Shown here piece by piece: positions 8,650 to 17,124 of a stretch of DNA of 40,713 nt (its first letter is position 1; each line of letters opens with the position of its first letter). Both the position numbers and the translations under genes were made by a program. The notes under the pieces are model-generated. The model saw only the letters and a list, made by a program, of their open reading frames with translations. It was not told the DNA's origin and ran no database searches. The stretch comes from Prolixibacteraceae bacterium (lineage in GTDB: Bacteria; Bacteroidota; Bacteroidia; Bacteroidales; Prolixibacteraceae), in the NCBI GenBank assembly GCA_036725585.1, contig DAIMEA010000001.1:1-40713 (forward strand), read 5' to 3'.

Positions 8650-9397
8650 ATTTGTTTTTGTTCATTTTCCGAATAAATTGCTCAAGGGCCATAGTCATAG
8701 AGGGAGCCTGAGGGTTGGGAGCCTGGATGTCGAGTCGAAGCCCGGCATCTTGTACCGCCTTTGCCGTGGCTGGCCCAAACGATGCGATCTTTATGTCGTT
8801 TTGTTGAAAGTCGGGAAAATTTTGCAACAAGGATTTAATACCCGAAGGACTATAAAATACGAGAATGTCGTAATTTACATCTTTCAGGTCAGACAAATCG
8901 CTGCTGACTGTTTTGTACAAAATGGCTTTCGAGTATTTGACTTTCGCTTCGTCGAGCAACTGGGGAATCTCCGGCTTGTGGATGTGTGACAGGGGCACAA
9001 GAAAGGATTCGTCGAGGTGCTTTCGGATTATGTCAATCAATTCGGAAAAAGTACCTTCTCCGTAAAAAATTTTCCTTTTTCGGTAGACGATGTATTTTTG
9101 AAGGTAAAAAGCAGTAGCCTCTGAAATACAAAAATACTTCATCGATTCAGGTACCGTGATCCGAAGTTCATTGCAGATTCTGAAAAAATGATCAATGGCC
9201 GTACGGCTGGTAAAAATAACGGCAGAGTGATCGAGGATATTCACCCGGGTTTGCCTGTATTCTTTTGAAGAAACTCCTTCAACCTGAATAAAAGGCCTGA
9301 AATCTACCTTCACATTATTCCGTTCAGCAAATTCAAAATAGGGTGATTTGGCCGAGGTTGGCTCTGGTTGCGAAACAAGTATTCTCTTGATTTTCAA
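8648..9397 (-). CDS. uroporphyrinogen-III synthase family (HemD-like) protein
   Basis: The N-terminus (M)KIKRILVSQPEPTSAKSPYFEFAERNNVKVDFRPFIQVEG matches my recollection of Bacteroidetes HemD-like proteins. The start at 9397 is a TTG. The next in-frame ATG is about 90 codons downstream, so a TTG start appears to be required. Confidence 0.75.
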   Translation of the reverse strand: MKIKRILVSQPEPTSAKSPYFEFAERNNVKVDFRPFIQVEGVSSKEYRQTRVNILDHSAVIFTSRTAIDHFFRICNELRITVPESMKYFCISEATAFYLQKYIVYRKRKIFYGEGTFSELIDIIRKHLDESFLVPLSHIHKPEIPQLLDEAKVKYSKAILYKTVSSDLSDLKDVNYDILVFYSPSGIKSLLQNFPDFQQNDIKIASFGPATAKAVQDAGLRLDIQAPNPQAPSMTMALEQFIRKMNKNK

Positions 9398-9421
9398 GAC
9401 CCGATATTTAAAGGTTTTACA

Positions 9422-10264
9422 TTACTCAAAATTTCTCCACACAATCCTCCACACGAGCAACAGGGGTAAAATTTCGAGGGTACAAAGGTATAAAATGATA
9501 TAATAAATTGAAAAGACTTTTTTTGCAATTATTGCTATTCCTCTGGAAACATTGATAATACTGATAATTCCAATGATCGCTACGGCGATTGTCAGCAGGA
9601 TTTTTGTCAGCAGGATCCCTGTAAAAAAGAGGATGAGGGCAATCGGAAGCAAAAAAATACCCAGTAATCTGTTGCCTGTTTTGGCGTAAAAAATGTATTC
9701 CTGAGTTTCGGAATCGGAATCAAAAAGCCATCCCGAAATTCGGTAGAGCGTAAACTTACTGACGATAAATCCCAGAAAGGAAACCGTACAGAGCAAAACC
9801 AATAAGCTTGGCCCGGGGAGTTGTCCAATGGGATTGATCGTGATAAAATGATACAGTAAAACACCTGATGTTAGCACAAAAAGAAGATCGAGCCGATACG
9901 AAACATGAGAAAGATTGCTCACTTTTTCACGAAACAACCGGGCAATCGTCCCCTTTTTGTAAATCGTTTCGAAAAGCTCTGCAAGGTACTTAACGGATGC
10001 GAAACGGATGGAAGCAAATACCGAAAGAAGGATCATCATTACGATGATGGATCCGTTTTCGATGGCCGGATTGCGTGGAAAGGAAGGTAAATGGGGCGCC
10101 GGAACGGAAGGTGAGGCCGTAAGCCAGTTGGGAAGATAATTCATCGAATCGTCCGGAGCGGAATAAGAAACAACTCCTGGAGCAAGGCTAAGGGCAGGGT
10201 TAGGGCTTTTCGCAAGGTCATAAGTCGACGGAAACGAAACAACAGATGCCATACCATTCATCAT
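9422..10264 (-). CDS. multi-pass membrane protein (DUF4271-like, from memory)
   Basis: ATG start. A Pro/Ser-rich N-terminal region is followed by about 6 hydrophobic helices. Its position next to the HemD-like gene matches a pairing I recall from other Bacteroidetes genomes. Confidence 0.65.
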   Translation of the reverse strand: MMNGMASVVSFPSTYDLAKSPNPALSLAPGVVSYSAPDDSMNYLPNWLTASPSVPAPHLPSFPRNPAIENGSIIVMMILLSVFASIRFASVKYLAELFETIYKKGTIARLFREKVSNLSHVSYRLDLLFVLTSGVLLYHFITINPIGQLPGPSLLVLLCTVSFLGFIVSKFTLYRISGWLFDSDSETQEYIFYAKTGNRLLGIFLLPIALILFFTGILLTKILLTIAVAIIGIISIINVSRGIAIIAKKVFSIYYIILYLCTLEILPLLLVWRIVWRNFE

Positions 10265-10348
10265 TTAAAGCGACAAAGATACTACTTTTTTTTCAGCTTG
10301 TTGCAGCGGGGGCAAATTATAAAATTCTCCGGCGCGAGAGGCGATCGA

Positions 10349-10519
10349 TCAGTTTAAGCGGTTTCGTTCAAAACAACTGTTGCGTTCATAGTCTTCCATT
10401 AAACGGGTGAGCTTTAATGCTTCTTCATATTCGGGTGTTCCGGGTTCCGCATCACAGATTTCCAGAAAACGCAGAATGGCTTTTCTGTATTCTTCTTCGG
10501 TGTAAATTTGTTCTGACAT
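10349..10519 (-). CDS. small 56-aa protein resembling the N-terminal module of HigA-type antitoxins/transcription regulators, with no HTH domain
   Basis: The ATG at 10519 lies 9 nt after the polA stop. The longer track version starts at a TTG (10546) inside polA. The sequence MSEQIYTEEEYRKAILRFLEICDAEPGTPEYEEALKLTRLMEDYE fits the pattern EedYeeAL..ie.l.da.pGTpE.deL..L..lIe.YE that I recall from HigA-like N-termini. Confidence 0.4.
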   Translation of the reverse strand: MSEQIYTEEEYRKAILRFLEICDAEPGTPEYEEALKLTRLMEDYERNSCFERNRLN

Positions 10520-10527
10520 TGCTTTTT

Positions 10528-13317
10528 CTAATGTGCCTCCAGCCAATTAAGTCCTTTTCCCATATCAACAGTTAAAGGGACATTTAGTTTTAGGGCTCGC
10601 GACATTTCTTCGGAAACAATTTGGGAAAGTCGTTCCATCTCTTCGGGATAAACTTCAAAATTCAATTCATCGTGAACCTGGATGATCATTCGGGAACGGA
10701 TATTTCCCTCGTCCATTTTCCGGTGAATTTCAATCATGGCAATCTTGATAATATCGGCAGCGGTTCCCTGAATAGGGGCGTTAATGGCATTTCGTTCGGC
10801 AACACCTCTGACCACAGAGTTGGATGAGTTGATGTCGGGTAAATGCCTTTTTCGCCCGAGCAAGGTTGTAACATAGCCCTTTTCCCGTGCATTGGCAATG
10901 CATTGCTCCATATAGCTCTTCACCTTTGGGAAAGCATCAAAATAACCGTCGATAATCTCTTTGGCTTCCGATCGGGAAATATTCAGACGTTGCGATAGAC
11001 CAAAAGCAGAAATTCCGTAAATAATCCCAAAATTGGCTGTTTTTGCTTTTCTTCTCATTTCGGGATGTACTTCGGAAACAGGCACGCGATAAATTTTTGA
11101 AGCCGTTATTGCGTGAACGTCGAGGTTGTTCCGGAAGGCTTCGATCATATTGTCGTCTCCACTCATCGATGCCATGATACGTAATTCGATTTGTGAATAG
11201 TCGGCCGACAGGTACAACATGCCCTTTTCCGAGGGGATAAAGGCTTTCCGGATTTCCCGTCCGGTGGCATCCCGGATGGGGATGTTCTGTAAGTTGGGAT
11301 TAACAGAACTTAAGCGCCCGGTTGCGGCAACCGCCTGGTTATACGAAGTATGGATCTTCCCCGTTCGGGGATTGATCAATTCGGGGAGGGTTTCAACGTA
11401 CGTGTTCAGCAGCTTTCGAAGCCCTCGGTATTCAAGGATTTTGTTGATGATGGGATGCTTGTGGGCCAGTTTTGTGAGTACTTCTTCGCTGGTTGAATAC
11501 TGTTTTGTTTTGGTTTTTTTGGCGTTGGGGTCGATTTTTAGCTTTTCGAAAAGGATCACGCCCAGTTGTTTGGGCGAAGTGATCAGAAAGTCCTCCCCGG
11601 CAAGGTCGATGATTTCTTTTTCGAGCCGGAGAATGGACTCCCGGAGTTCGAATGCATAACTTTTCAGGGCATCGGGATCGATCGAGACGCCATTCATCTC
11701 CATGGTAACCAATACCGGAACCAGGGGCATCTCCACTCTTTCGAATAAGCCGGTCAGGTTGTTCCTGGCTAATTCCTCTTTCAGGATTTGCATTAGTTGA
11801 TAGGTTAGATCGGCATCTTCGCAAGCATATTCAACGAGTTGATCGGTGTCGACCGAACGCATGGTTCTCTGGTTTTTCCCTTTTTCTCCAATGAGTGTTT
11901 GGGTGGTAACTTTTTTGTATCCTAAGTATATTTCTGTTAAGGAGTCGAGATTATGCCGGGCATCGGGTTGCAACAGGTAGTGTGCAATCATGGTGTCGAA
12001 CAAGGCTCCTTTTACCTTTACCCCGTATTGGGCAAGCATCAGCAGGTCGTATTTGATGTTCTGGCCTATCTTTCCGAGCGAAGGATTCTCGAATACAGAC
12101 TTGAATTCGTCGACAATTTTTTGTGCTTCTTTTCTGTCGGGGGGAAGCAACACACACCAGGCTTCGTGGGGTTTGAAGGAAAAGGAGAGACAAACCAGGT
12201 CGGAAAGAAGGGGATCGAGCCCCGTTGTTTCTGTATCAAAACAAAAGGCTTTGGTTCGGAAAAGTTCATCCCGGAGTGTTGCCCTTTGTGTCTCGTTTTC
12301 AATTTTATGATAGATGTGAGATTGGGTTGTCACGTCCGAAAAATGCTTGTTCGCGGATTGCGTTTGGGCCTGGACCGTGGCAAACAGATCACCCTGTTCG
12401 AAATCTTTTGGAGGAGGGGGTGGCGTTTCCCGGGTTTGGATCTTCTGTAAAAGTGTTCGGAATTCAAGTTCGTTGAACAGTTTCGACAATTCTCCGACAT
12501 TCGCTTCCTGGTACGCCAATTCTTCAAACGAAACATCAACAGGAACATGCTGGTCAATTACAGCCAGCTTTCGGGAAAGAAAAACCTGCTCCTTGAAGTC
12601 GAAAAGGTTTTCCTGGAGCTTGCCTTTCAATTCGGAGAGATGCTCGTACAGGCCTTCAATGCTCCCATAATCGCCAATCAGTTTCATGGCTGTTTTCGGG
12701 CCAATCCCCGGACAACCGGGTATGTTGTCGGCCGTGTCGCCCATCAGTCCCAGAATATCAATCACTTGAAGCGGATCCGACACCCCGAAATTTTCCCTTA
12801 CCTCGGGAATACCCCATATTTCCGGGTTTCCACCACTTTTTGCCGGTTTATACATACGGGTTTTTTCGGTAACCAGTTGGGCATAATCCTTGTCGGGAGT
12901 GATCATGTATGTGGCGAATCCCCTTTTTTCTGCTTTGCGGGCCAGGGTTCCGATTACATCATCGGCCTCGTATCCTTGTTTTTCGATTATCGGGATATTG
13001 TATGCCTGGATAATGTTTCGGATAAACGGGATCGCATTGCGGATATCTTCCGGCATGGCTTCCCGGTTGGCCTTGTATTCGGGATACATGTCGTGGCGAA
13101 AGGTTGCTCCGTGCACATCGAAAACAACACCGATATGGGATGGATTTTCATCGTTCAATAATTGTTCCAGCGTAATAACAAATCCAAGAATGGCTGAAGT
13201 GTTTAGTCCTTTGGAATTGATGCGTGGGTTGCGAATAAATGCAAAATAGGAACGATAAATCAGGGCATACGCATCGAGGAGAAAGAGTTTTTGCTTTGTT
13301 TGCGCTTCGGTTATCAT
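10528..13317 (-). CDS. polA: DNA polymerase I
   Basis: 929 aa. It has a 5'-3' exonuclease N-terminus (LFLLDAYALIYRSYFAF), a 3'-5' exonuclease region, and Pol A motifs (LSADYSQIELRIMA, RRKAKTANFGIIYG, QVHDEL). Confidence 0.97.
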   Translation of the reverse strand: MITEAQTKQKLFLLDAYALIYRSYFAFIRNPRINSKGLNTSAILGFVITLEQLLNDENPSHIGVVFDVHGATFRHDMYPEYKANREAMPEDIRNAIPFIRNIIQAYNIPIIEKQGYEADDVIGTLARKAEKRGFATYMITPDKDYAQLVTEKTRMYKPAKSGGNPEIWGIPEVRENFGVSDPLQVIDILGLMGDTADNIPGCPGIGPKTAMKLIGDYGSIEGLYEHLSELKGKLQENLFDFKEQVFLSRKLAVIDQHVPVDVSFEELAYQEANVGELSKLFNELEFRTLLQKIQTRETPPPPPKDFEQGDLFATVQAQTQSANKHFSDVTTQSHIYHKIENETQRATLRDELFRTKAFCFDTETTGLDPLLSDLVCLSFSFKPHEAWCVLLPPDRKEAQKIVDEFKSVFENPSLGKIGQNIKYDLLMLAQYGVKVKGALFDTMIAHYLLQPDARHNLDSLTEIYLGYKKVTTQTLIGEKGKNQRTMRSVDTDQLVEYACEDADLTYQLMQILKEELARNNLTGLFERVEMPLVPVLVTMEMNGVSIDPDALKSYAFELRESILRLEKEIIDLAGEDFLITSPKQLGVILFEKLKIDPNAKKTKTKQYSTSEEVLTKLAHKHPIINKILEYRGLRKLLNTYVETLPELINPRTGKIHTSYNQAVAATGRLSSVNPNLQNIPIRDATGREIRKAFIPSEKGMLYLSADYSQIELRIMASMSGDDNMIEAFRNNLDVHAITASKIYRVPVSEVHPEMRRKAKTANFGIIYGISAFGLSQRLNISRSEAKEIIDGYFDAFPKVKSYMEQCIANAREKGYVTTLLGRKRHLPDINSSNSVVRGVAERNAINAPIQGTAADIIKIAMIEIHRKMDEGNIRSRMIIQVHDELNFEVYPEEMERLSQIVSEEMSRALKLNVPLTVDMGKGLNWLEAH

Positions 13318-13769
13318 GATGATTGGTTATCGGTTGCATCCCATTCGGCGCTGGAATTAGCTGTTTCATATAGCGTAACACGTTGGAGCTTGATGCCCAC
13401 GGGAAGGAGGGGGCGGATGATATCGACAAAATGCAGCACCAGGTTTTCACAGGTGGGTTGAAAATCGACAACATGGTGCCGTTCGTACATCCCTTCCAGT
13501 TCCAGTAGTTTTTCGTGCGGTGCACGACTGCTGATCATCAGCGAATGGTCGAAACGATCAACAATTCTTTCTTTCACAATTTTTTTCAGGTCACTGAAAT
13601 CAATCACCATCCCGTTTTTTTTGTGTTCGATATCATGGATAGGGGTGCCCGATACCGTGACGTACAACTTGTAACTGTGGCCATGTATGTTTTTACAAAG
13701 GCCGTCGTAGTTCCATAAGGCATGGCTCATTTCAAATTCATAAAACTTTGTTACGCGTATTGTTGCCAT
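13314..13769 (-). CDS. queD: 6-carboxy-5,6,7,8-tetrahydropterin synthase (6-pyruvoyl-tetrahydropterin synthase family)
   Basis: FEMSHAL...HGHSYKLYVTV His/Cys-type motifs and a length of about 150 aa. Its TGA stop overlaps the polA ATG (ATGA at 13317-13314). Confidence 0.88.
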   Translation of the reverse strand: MATIRVTKFYEFEMSHALWNYDGLCKNIHGHSYKLYVTVSGTPIHDIEHKKNGMVIDFSDLKKIVKERIVDRFDHSLMISSRAPHEKLLELEGMYERHHVVDFQPTCENLVLHFVDIIRPLLPVGIKLQRVTLYETANSSAEWDATDNQSS

Positions 13770-13848
13770 AAATTATTTTTTGGAAACCGGAATATTCTTT
13801 AAGGATAACAAAAAAAGAGCAGAAAAGATCAGGATTGTAATTCGAATT

Positions 13849-14151
13849 CTATTCTTTGCAGGTACAATCTTGCATGCAATCGATTATTTGACCGAAAACC
13901 TTATTTTTCAGGGTATACAGCGTATTTTTTCCCTCGCGGGTTGAACAGAGTACTCCTTTGTCTTTCAATATTCCCAGATGATGCGAAATGGTTGATTGTT
14001 CGAGTTCTAATTTCCTGTAAATCTCTGTAACCGTCATTGCCTCATCATTCTTTAAGAGGTAGAGGATCGAAATGCGGATGGGGTGCGCCATTGCTTTAAA
14101 TATTCCAGTAGCTTTATCGATCCGGTCGATCGGGAATAACTCTTTTTTCAT
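13849..14151 (-). CDS. ArsR/SmtB-family HTH transcriptional regulator
   Basis: FKAMAHPIRISILYLL...MTVTEIYRKLELEQSTISHHLGILKDKGVL is a canonical ArsR winged-helix. I prefer the ATG at 14151 (MKKELF...). The track start at 14187 is a TTG that would overlap the predicted -7 box. Confidence 0.85.
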   Translation of the reverse strand: MKKELFPIDRIDKATGIFKAMAHPIRISILYLLKNDEAMTVTEIYRKLELEQSTISHHLGILKDKGVLCSTREGKNTLYTLKNKVFGQIIDCMQDCTCKE

Positions 14152-14170
14152 TGAATCTGAATTTGAACTA

Positions 14171-14178
14171 CAAATGTA
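14171..14178 (-). promoter_or_regulatory. -7 promoter box (TACATTTG on the minus strand) for the ArsR-family gene and probably queD-polA
   Basis: The plus strand reads CAAATGTA, the reverse complement of TAnnTTTG. It lies 19 nt upstream of the ATG at 14151. Confidence 0.35.
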
Positions 14179-14306
14179 AAAAAACAAAGCAAATAACCTG
14201 AAAAAAATGCACTCACAGTTAGGAAACTAGCCTATGGTTAGGGTTATTTGTGTTTTATGAATGAAAAAAGCCAAAGAAGGAACAGTTTTCGTGGAAAACA
14301 ATTGTT

Positions 14307-14314
14307 TATTTTTG
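14307..14314 (+). promoter_or_regulatory. -7 promoter box TATTTTTG for the long-chain polyprenyl synthase gene
   Basis: Exact TAnnTTTG match, 17 nt upstream of the ATG at 14332. It lies inside the longer TTG-initiated track ORF (14248), which argues for the shorter gene model. Confidence 0.35.
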
Positions 14315-14331
14315 ATCGTTCATTCGTTCAA

Positions 14332-15306
14332 ATGATAACACTCGATTACATAAAGCGCCCTGTTCAAAGTGAATTAAGCAGCTTCGAACGATTTTTCAGG
14401 GATACTACACGGTCGGAAGTGGGCTTACTGAACCTGATGGTTAACTACATGATTCGAACGAAGGGAAAGCAAATCCGGCCTTTAATGGTTTTTCTGGCTG
14501 CAAAAATGCACGGCACAATCACCCAGCGGACGTATGTAGCAGCATCGACCATCGAATTGCTCCATTCGGCGTCCCTGGTCCACGACGATGTTGTGGATGA
14601 ATCCTACGAACGAAGAGGTTTTTTGTCGATCAATGCGCTATGGAAAAATAAAATCTCGGTTTTGATGGGCGATTATTTATTGTCGAAAGGCTTGCTCGTC
14701 GCAACAAAAGAAAAGGAATATGAAATACTCGACATTGTATCGGAGGCGGTTCGGGATATGGCCGAGGGTGAGTTGCTCCAATACCAGAAAAGCAGAAAAC
14801 TCGACATGGATGAGGCCACATACTTTGAAATTATTCGGAAAAAAACAGCTTCCCTTATCGGGACAAGCTTTGCTGTAGGAGCCCATTCGGCAGGCGCCGA
14901 CCCCGAAAAAGTATCCGCCATGCGGCAGATTGGTGTACTGGCTGGTTTTGCATTTCAGATTCGCGACGATATTTTCGACTATCAGGATAAGGGAACCATC
15001 GGAAAACCCATTGGAAACGATTTGAAAGAGAAAAAGATTACCCTCCCGCTTATCTATGTATTGCAACATTCGTCTGTTCGGGAACGAAACCGGATTTTGT
15101 TCAGTATTCGAAAAAACAATAACCGGAAAGAAAAGGTATGGGAATTGATTGAACGGGTAAGAAAGAACGGAGGCATCGAATATGCCACTGGTAAGATGAA
15201 TCAGTTTGCCGACGATGCCATCGACCTTCTCAATCGCTTTCCCTCAAATGAGGCTTCCCAATCCCTTGAACATCTCATCCGTTATATCATTGAGCGAAAA
15301 AAATAA
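14332..15306 (+). CDS. ispB: long-chain polyprenyl diphosphate synthase (IspB-like; quinone side-chain synthase)
   Basis: First aspartate-rich motif LVHDDVVDESYERRG and second motif FQIRDDIFD. Residues at -4/-5 before the first motif are small (S, A), as in E. coli IspB. The start is taken at ATG 14332 (MITLDYIKRP), giving 324 aa. Confidence 0.82.
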   Translation: MITLDYIKRPVQSELSSFERFFRDTTRSEVGLLNLMVNYMIRTKGKQIRPLMVFLAAKMHGTITQRTYVAASTIELLHSASLVHDDVVDESYERRGFLSINALWKNKISVLMGDYLLSKGLLVATKEKEYEILDIVSEAVRDMAEGELLQYQKSRKLDMDEATYFEIIRKKTASLIGTSFAVGAHSAGADPEKVSAMRQIGVLAGFAFQIRDDIFDYQDKGTIGKPIGNDLKEKKITLPLIYVLQHSSVRERNRILFSIRKNNNRKEKVWELIERVRKNGGIEYATGKMNQFADDAIDLLNRFPSNEASQSLEHLIRYIIERKK

Positions 15307-15328
15307 GAGCAACCCGCAGGTCGCTCTT
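15305..15328. terminator. hairpin between the convergent ispB-like and frr genes (possible bidirectional terminator)
   Basis: AAGAGCAACC-CGCA-GGTCGCTCTT forms a 10-bp stem with one mismatch. It starts within the ispB stop codon. The flanking U-tracts are weak. Confidence 0.4.
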
Positions 15329-15369
15329 ATTAAATAGCCATGAAAACACAAACTTTATCGTAAGATAAA

Positions 15370-15933
15370 TTAAATTGTCATTATTTCAGCGTTCTTCTTT
15401 TCTACCATTTCATCAACCTTGTGGTTAAAATCATCGGTATTTTTCTGAACGTTTTCAATTGCCTGTTTTTCCTCGTCTTCCGAAAGGCCATCTTTCCGTA
15501 GTTTTTTCAACTGATCGTTGGCTTCTTTTCGGGCGCTCCGGATGCTTACTTTTGCCGCTTCTCCTTCTTTGTTGGCATCCCGGACCAACAATTTCCGTCG
15601 TTCTTCCGTTAAAGGCGGTATAAAAATACGGATTATTTCTCCATTATTATCCGGATTGAACCCTAAATTTGCATTTAAAATTGCTTTTTCAATCGGTTTG
15701 ATCATTTGTTTTTCCCAAGGTTGTACCATGATGGTCTTAGCATCAGGGGTGGAAATACTGGATACCTGGTTCAGGGGTGTCATGGTTCCGTAGTATTCAA
15801 CCAGCACACTATCAAGCATTCTGGGAGAAGCTTTGCCTGCACGAATATGAATCAACTCTTTGTCGAGATGATCAATTGCCGCTTGCATGTGCTCGCGGGT
15901 CATTTCCAAAATGAGATCAACATCTTCGGACAT
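15370..15933 (-). CDS. frr: ribosome recycling factor
   Basis: 187 aa. Contains IHIRAGKASPRMLD, ...IPPLTEERRKLLVR..., and ...EDEEK... near the C-terminus, matching the typical Frr sequence. Confidence 0.95.
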   Translation of the reverse strand: MSEDVDLILEMTREHMQAAIDHLDKELIHIRAGKASPRMLDSVLVEYYGTMTPLNQVSSISTPDAKTIMVQPWEKQMIKPIEKAILNANLGFNPDNNGEIIRIFIPPLTEERRKLLVRDANKEGEAAKVSIRSARKEANDQLKKLRKDGLSEDEEKQAIENVQKNTDDFNHKVDEMVEKKNAEIMTI

Positions 15934-15958
15934 TTTCGACCATTTTGCTTGTGAAGAG

Positions 15959-15966
15959 CAAAAATA
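15959..15966 (-). promoter_or_regulatory. -7 promoter box (TATTTTTG on the minus strand) for frr
   Basis: The plus strand reads CAAAAATA, 25 nt upstream of the frr ATG (15933). Confidence 0.3.
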
Positions 15967-16032
15967 AAAAAAAATGGAAAAGCAAAAAACGATGTTTTAT
16001 TTTTCTTTGTCCAATTATTGCCCAAATCGGTT

Positions 16033-16040
16033 TATTTTTG
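16033..16040 (+). promoter_or_regulatory. -7 promoter box TATTTTTG for the CPBP protease gene
   Basis: Exact TAnnTTTG match, 25 nt upstream of the ATG at 16066. A TTTG lies at about 16006-16009 as a possible -33 element, though the spacing is somewhat long. Confidence 0.35.
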
Positions 16041-16065
16041 ATGTTTCACAAAAGAATTGTAAATC

Positions 16066-17031
16066 ATGGCTAATTTTTTTCGTCCCGAAGTGGATGCTTT
16101 TTCCCGTGAAAAGTACAAACATCCGGTATCACAGTTGATCCTGGTTGCTTTCATTTCCCTGCTTTCCCTGTTCGTATTTATGCTATTGGGTACTTTTTTG
16201 GCTGTACCCTTTTGGGGAATGGAACAGTTTCAACAGTTGTTGCAGGCTACAATATCATACAATCCCGAAAATGTACCCTTTTTAAAATACCTGCAAATGG
16301 TTCAGTCCATTGGTCTTTTTATCGTTCCTTCCCTGATTCTGGCAAAAATATTCAGCGGTTCTTTATGGAACTATTTAAAAATGGACCAGTCACCCATGGT
16401 TCGTTCCCTTTTTCTTGCTCTGATCCTGATTCTTGTGTCCAGCCCTTTTATCAATGCAACGGGTGTGATCAATTCCCGCATGTCGTTTCCCGACTGGATG
16501 TCGGGTATCGAAGAATGGATGAGGGCCAGTGAAGACAATGCCGGTGAATTGACCCAACTTTTCCTGAATACAGATACCATCTGGGGACTTCTGTTTAATA
16601 TTTTAATGATAGGGATCATTCCGGCGCTCGGAGAGGAATTACTTTTTCGGGGGATTATCCAGCGAATCTTCACTCGATGGACCCGGAATGTTCACCTGGG
16701 GGTCTGGATTTCTGCACTTCTGTTCAGCGCCCTGCACTTTCAGTTTTACGGGTTTATCCCAAGGGCTTTGCTGGGTGTGATGTTTGGCTATTTGCTGGCC
16801 ATGAGCGGGAGTTTATGGTTACCGGTTGCCGCTCATTTTTTTAACAATACAATAGCGGTCCTCGCCTATTATTTTTACGACAAAGGAATTCTGTCGTTCG
16901 ATCCCGAAACGCTCGGAGCGGAGTCGGGTTTTGGATGGGCGGCTGCAGTCAGCCTTGCCGGGGTGCTTTCCCTTATGGTTTATTTGTTCCGGATTGAAAA
17001 GAGAAAAGCCCTGTCCGATAATTTCGCGTAA
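16066..17031 (+). CDS. CPBP-family intramembrane glutamic endopeptidase (CAAX protease/Abi family)
   Basis: Polytopic membrane protein with motif 1 EELLFRG, then FSALHF, then the HFFNN motif. Confidence 0.85.
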   Translation: MANFFRPEVDAFSREKYKHPVSQLILVAFISLLSLFVFMLLGTFLAVPFWGMEQFQQLLQATISYNPENVPFLKYLQMVQSIGLFIVPSLILAKIFSGSLWNYLKMDQSPMVRSLFLALILILVSSPFINATGVINSRMSFPDWMSGIEEWMRASEDNAGELTQLFLNTDTIWGLLFNILMIGIIPALGEELLFRGIIQRIFTRWTRNVHLGVWISALLFSALHFQFYGFIPRALLGVMFGYLLAMSGSLWLPVAAHFFNNTIAVLAYYFYDKGILSFDPETLGAESGFGWAAAVSLAGVLSLMVYLFRIEKRKALSDNFA

Positions 17032-17108
17032 CAGGGCTCACGTATTGTGTTTTCATGGCAATTTTTCAGCGCAACACATCAAAAATACAGAAGATAAAAA
17101 AATATGCT

Positions 17109-17124
17109 ATAAAACATGTTTTAT
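17109..17124. promoter_or_regulatory. perfect 16-bp palindrome ATAAAACATGTTTTAT (candidate operator)
   Basis: Read directly from the sequence. Related copies are AAAAC-AGT-GTTTTAT at 17187-17201 and AAAAC-GAT-GTTTTAT at 15986-16000. Confidence 0.3.

Noticed and set aside
10349-10546. A possible type II toxin-antitoxin module, suggested by the HigA-like small ORF.
   Set aside because: Only an N-terminal-module-like fragment is present. There is no HTH domain and no adjacent toxin ORF on either side; the neighbours are polA and a DUF4271-like membrane protein.
12547-13161. 204-aa plus-strand ORF, along with other 100-165-aa ORFs between 11219 and 13249.
   Set aside because: They are antisense or out of frame within polA and have no motifs.
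13770-13848. A preQ1 riboswitch upstream of queD.
   Set aside because: On the minus strand the spacer is A/T-rich. The only self-complementary element I saw is a loopless GAATATTC palindrome. I could not fold a P1 stem plus A-rich tail like the preQ1-I consensus.
14188-14331. Longer N-terminal extensions of the ArsR gene (TTG 14187) and the IspB-like gene (TTG 14248).
   Set aside because: Both extensions start at TTG and would run through the predicted -7 promoter boxes of their own genes. They add residues absent from the family cores. ATG starts at 14151 and 14332 give canonical lengths.
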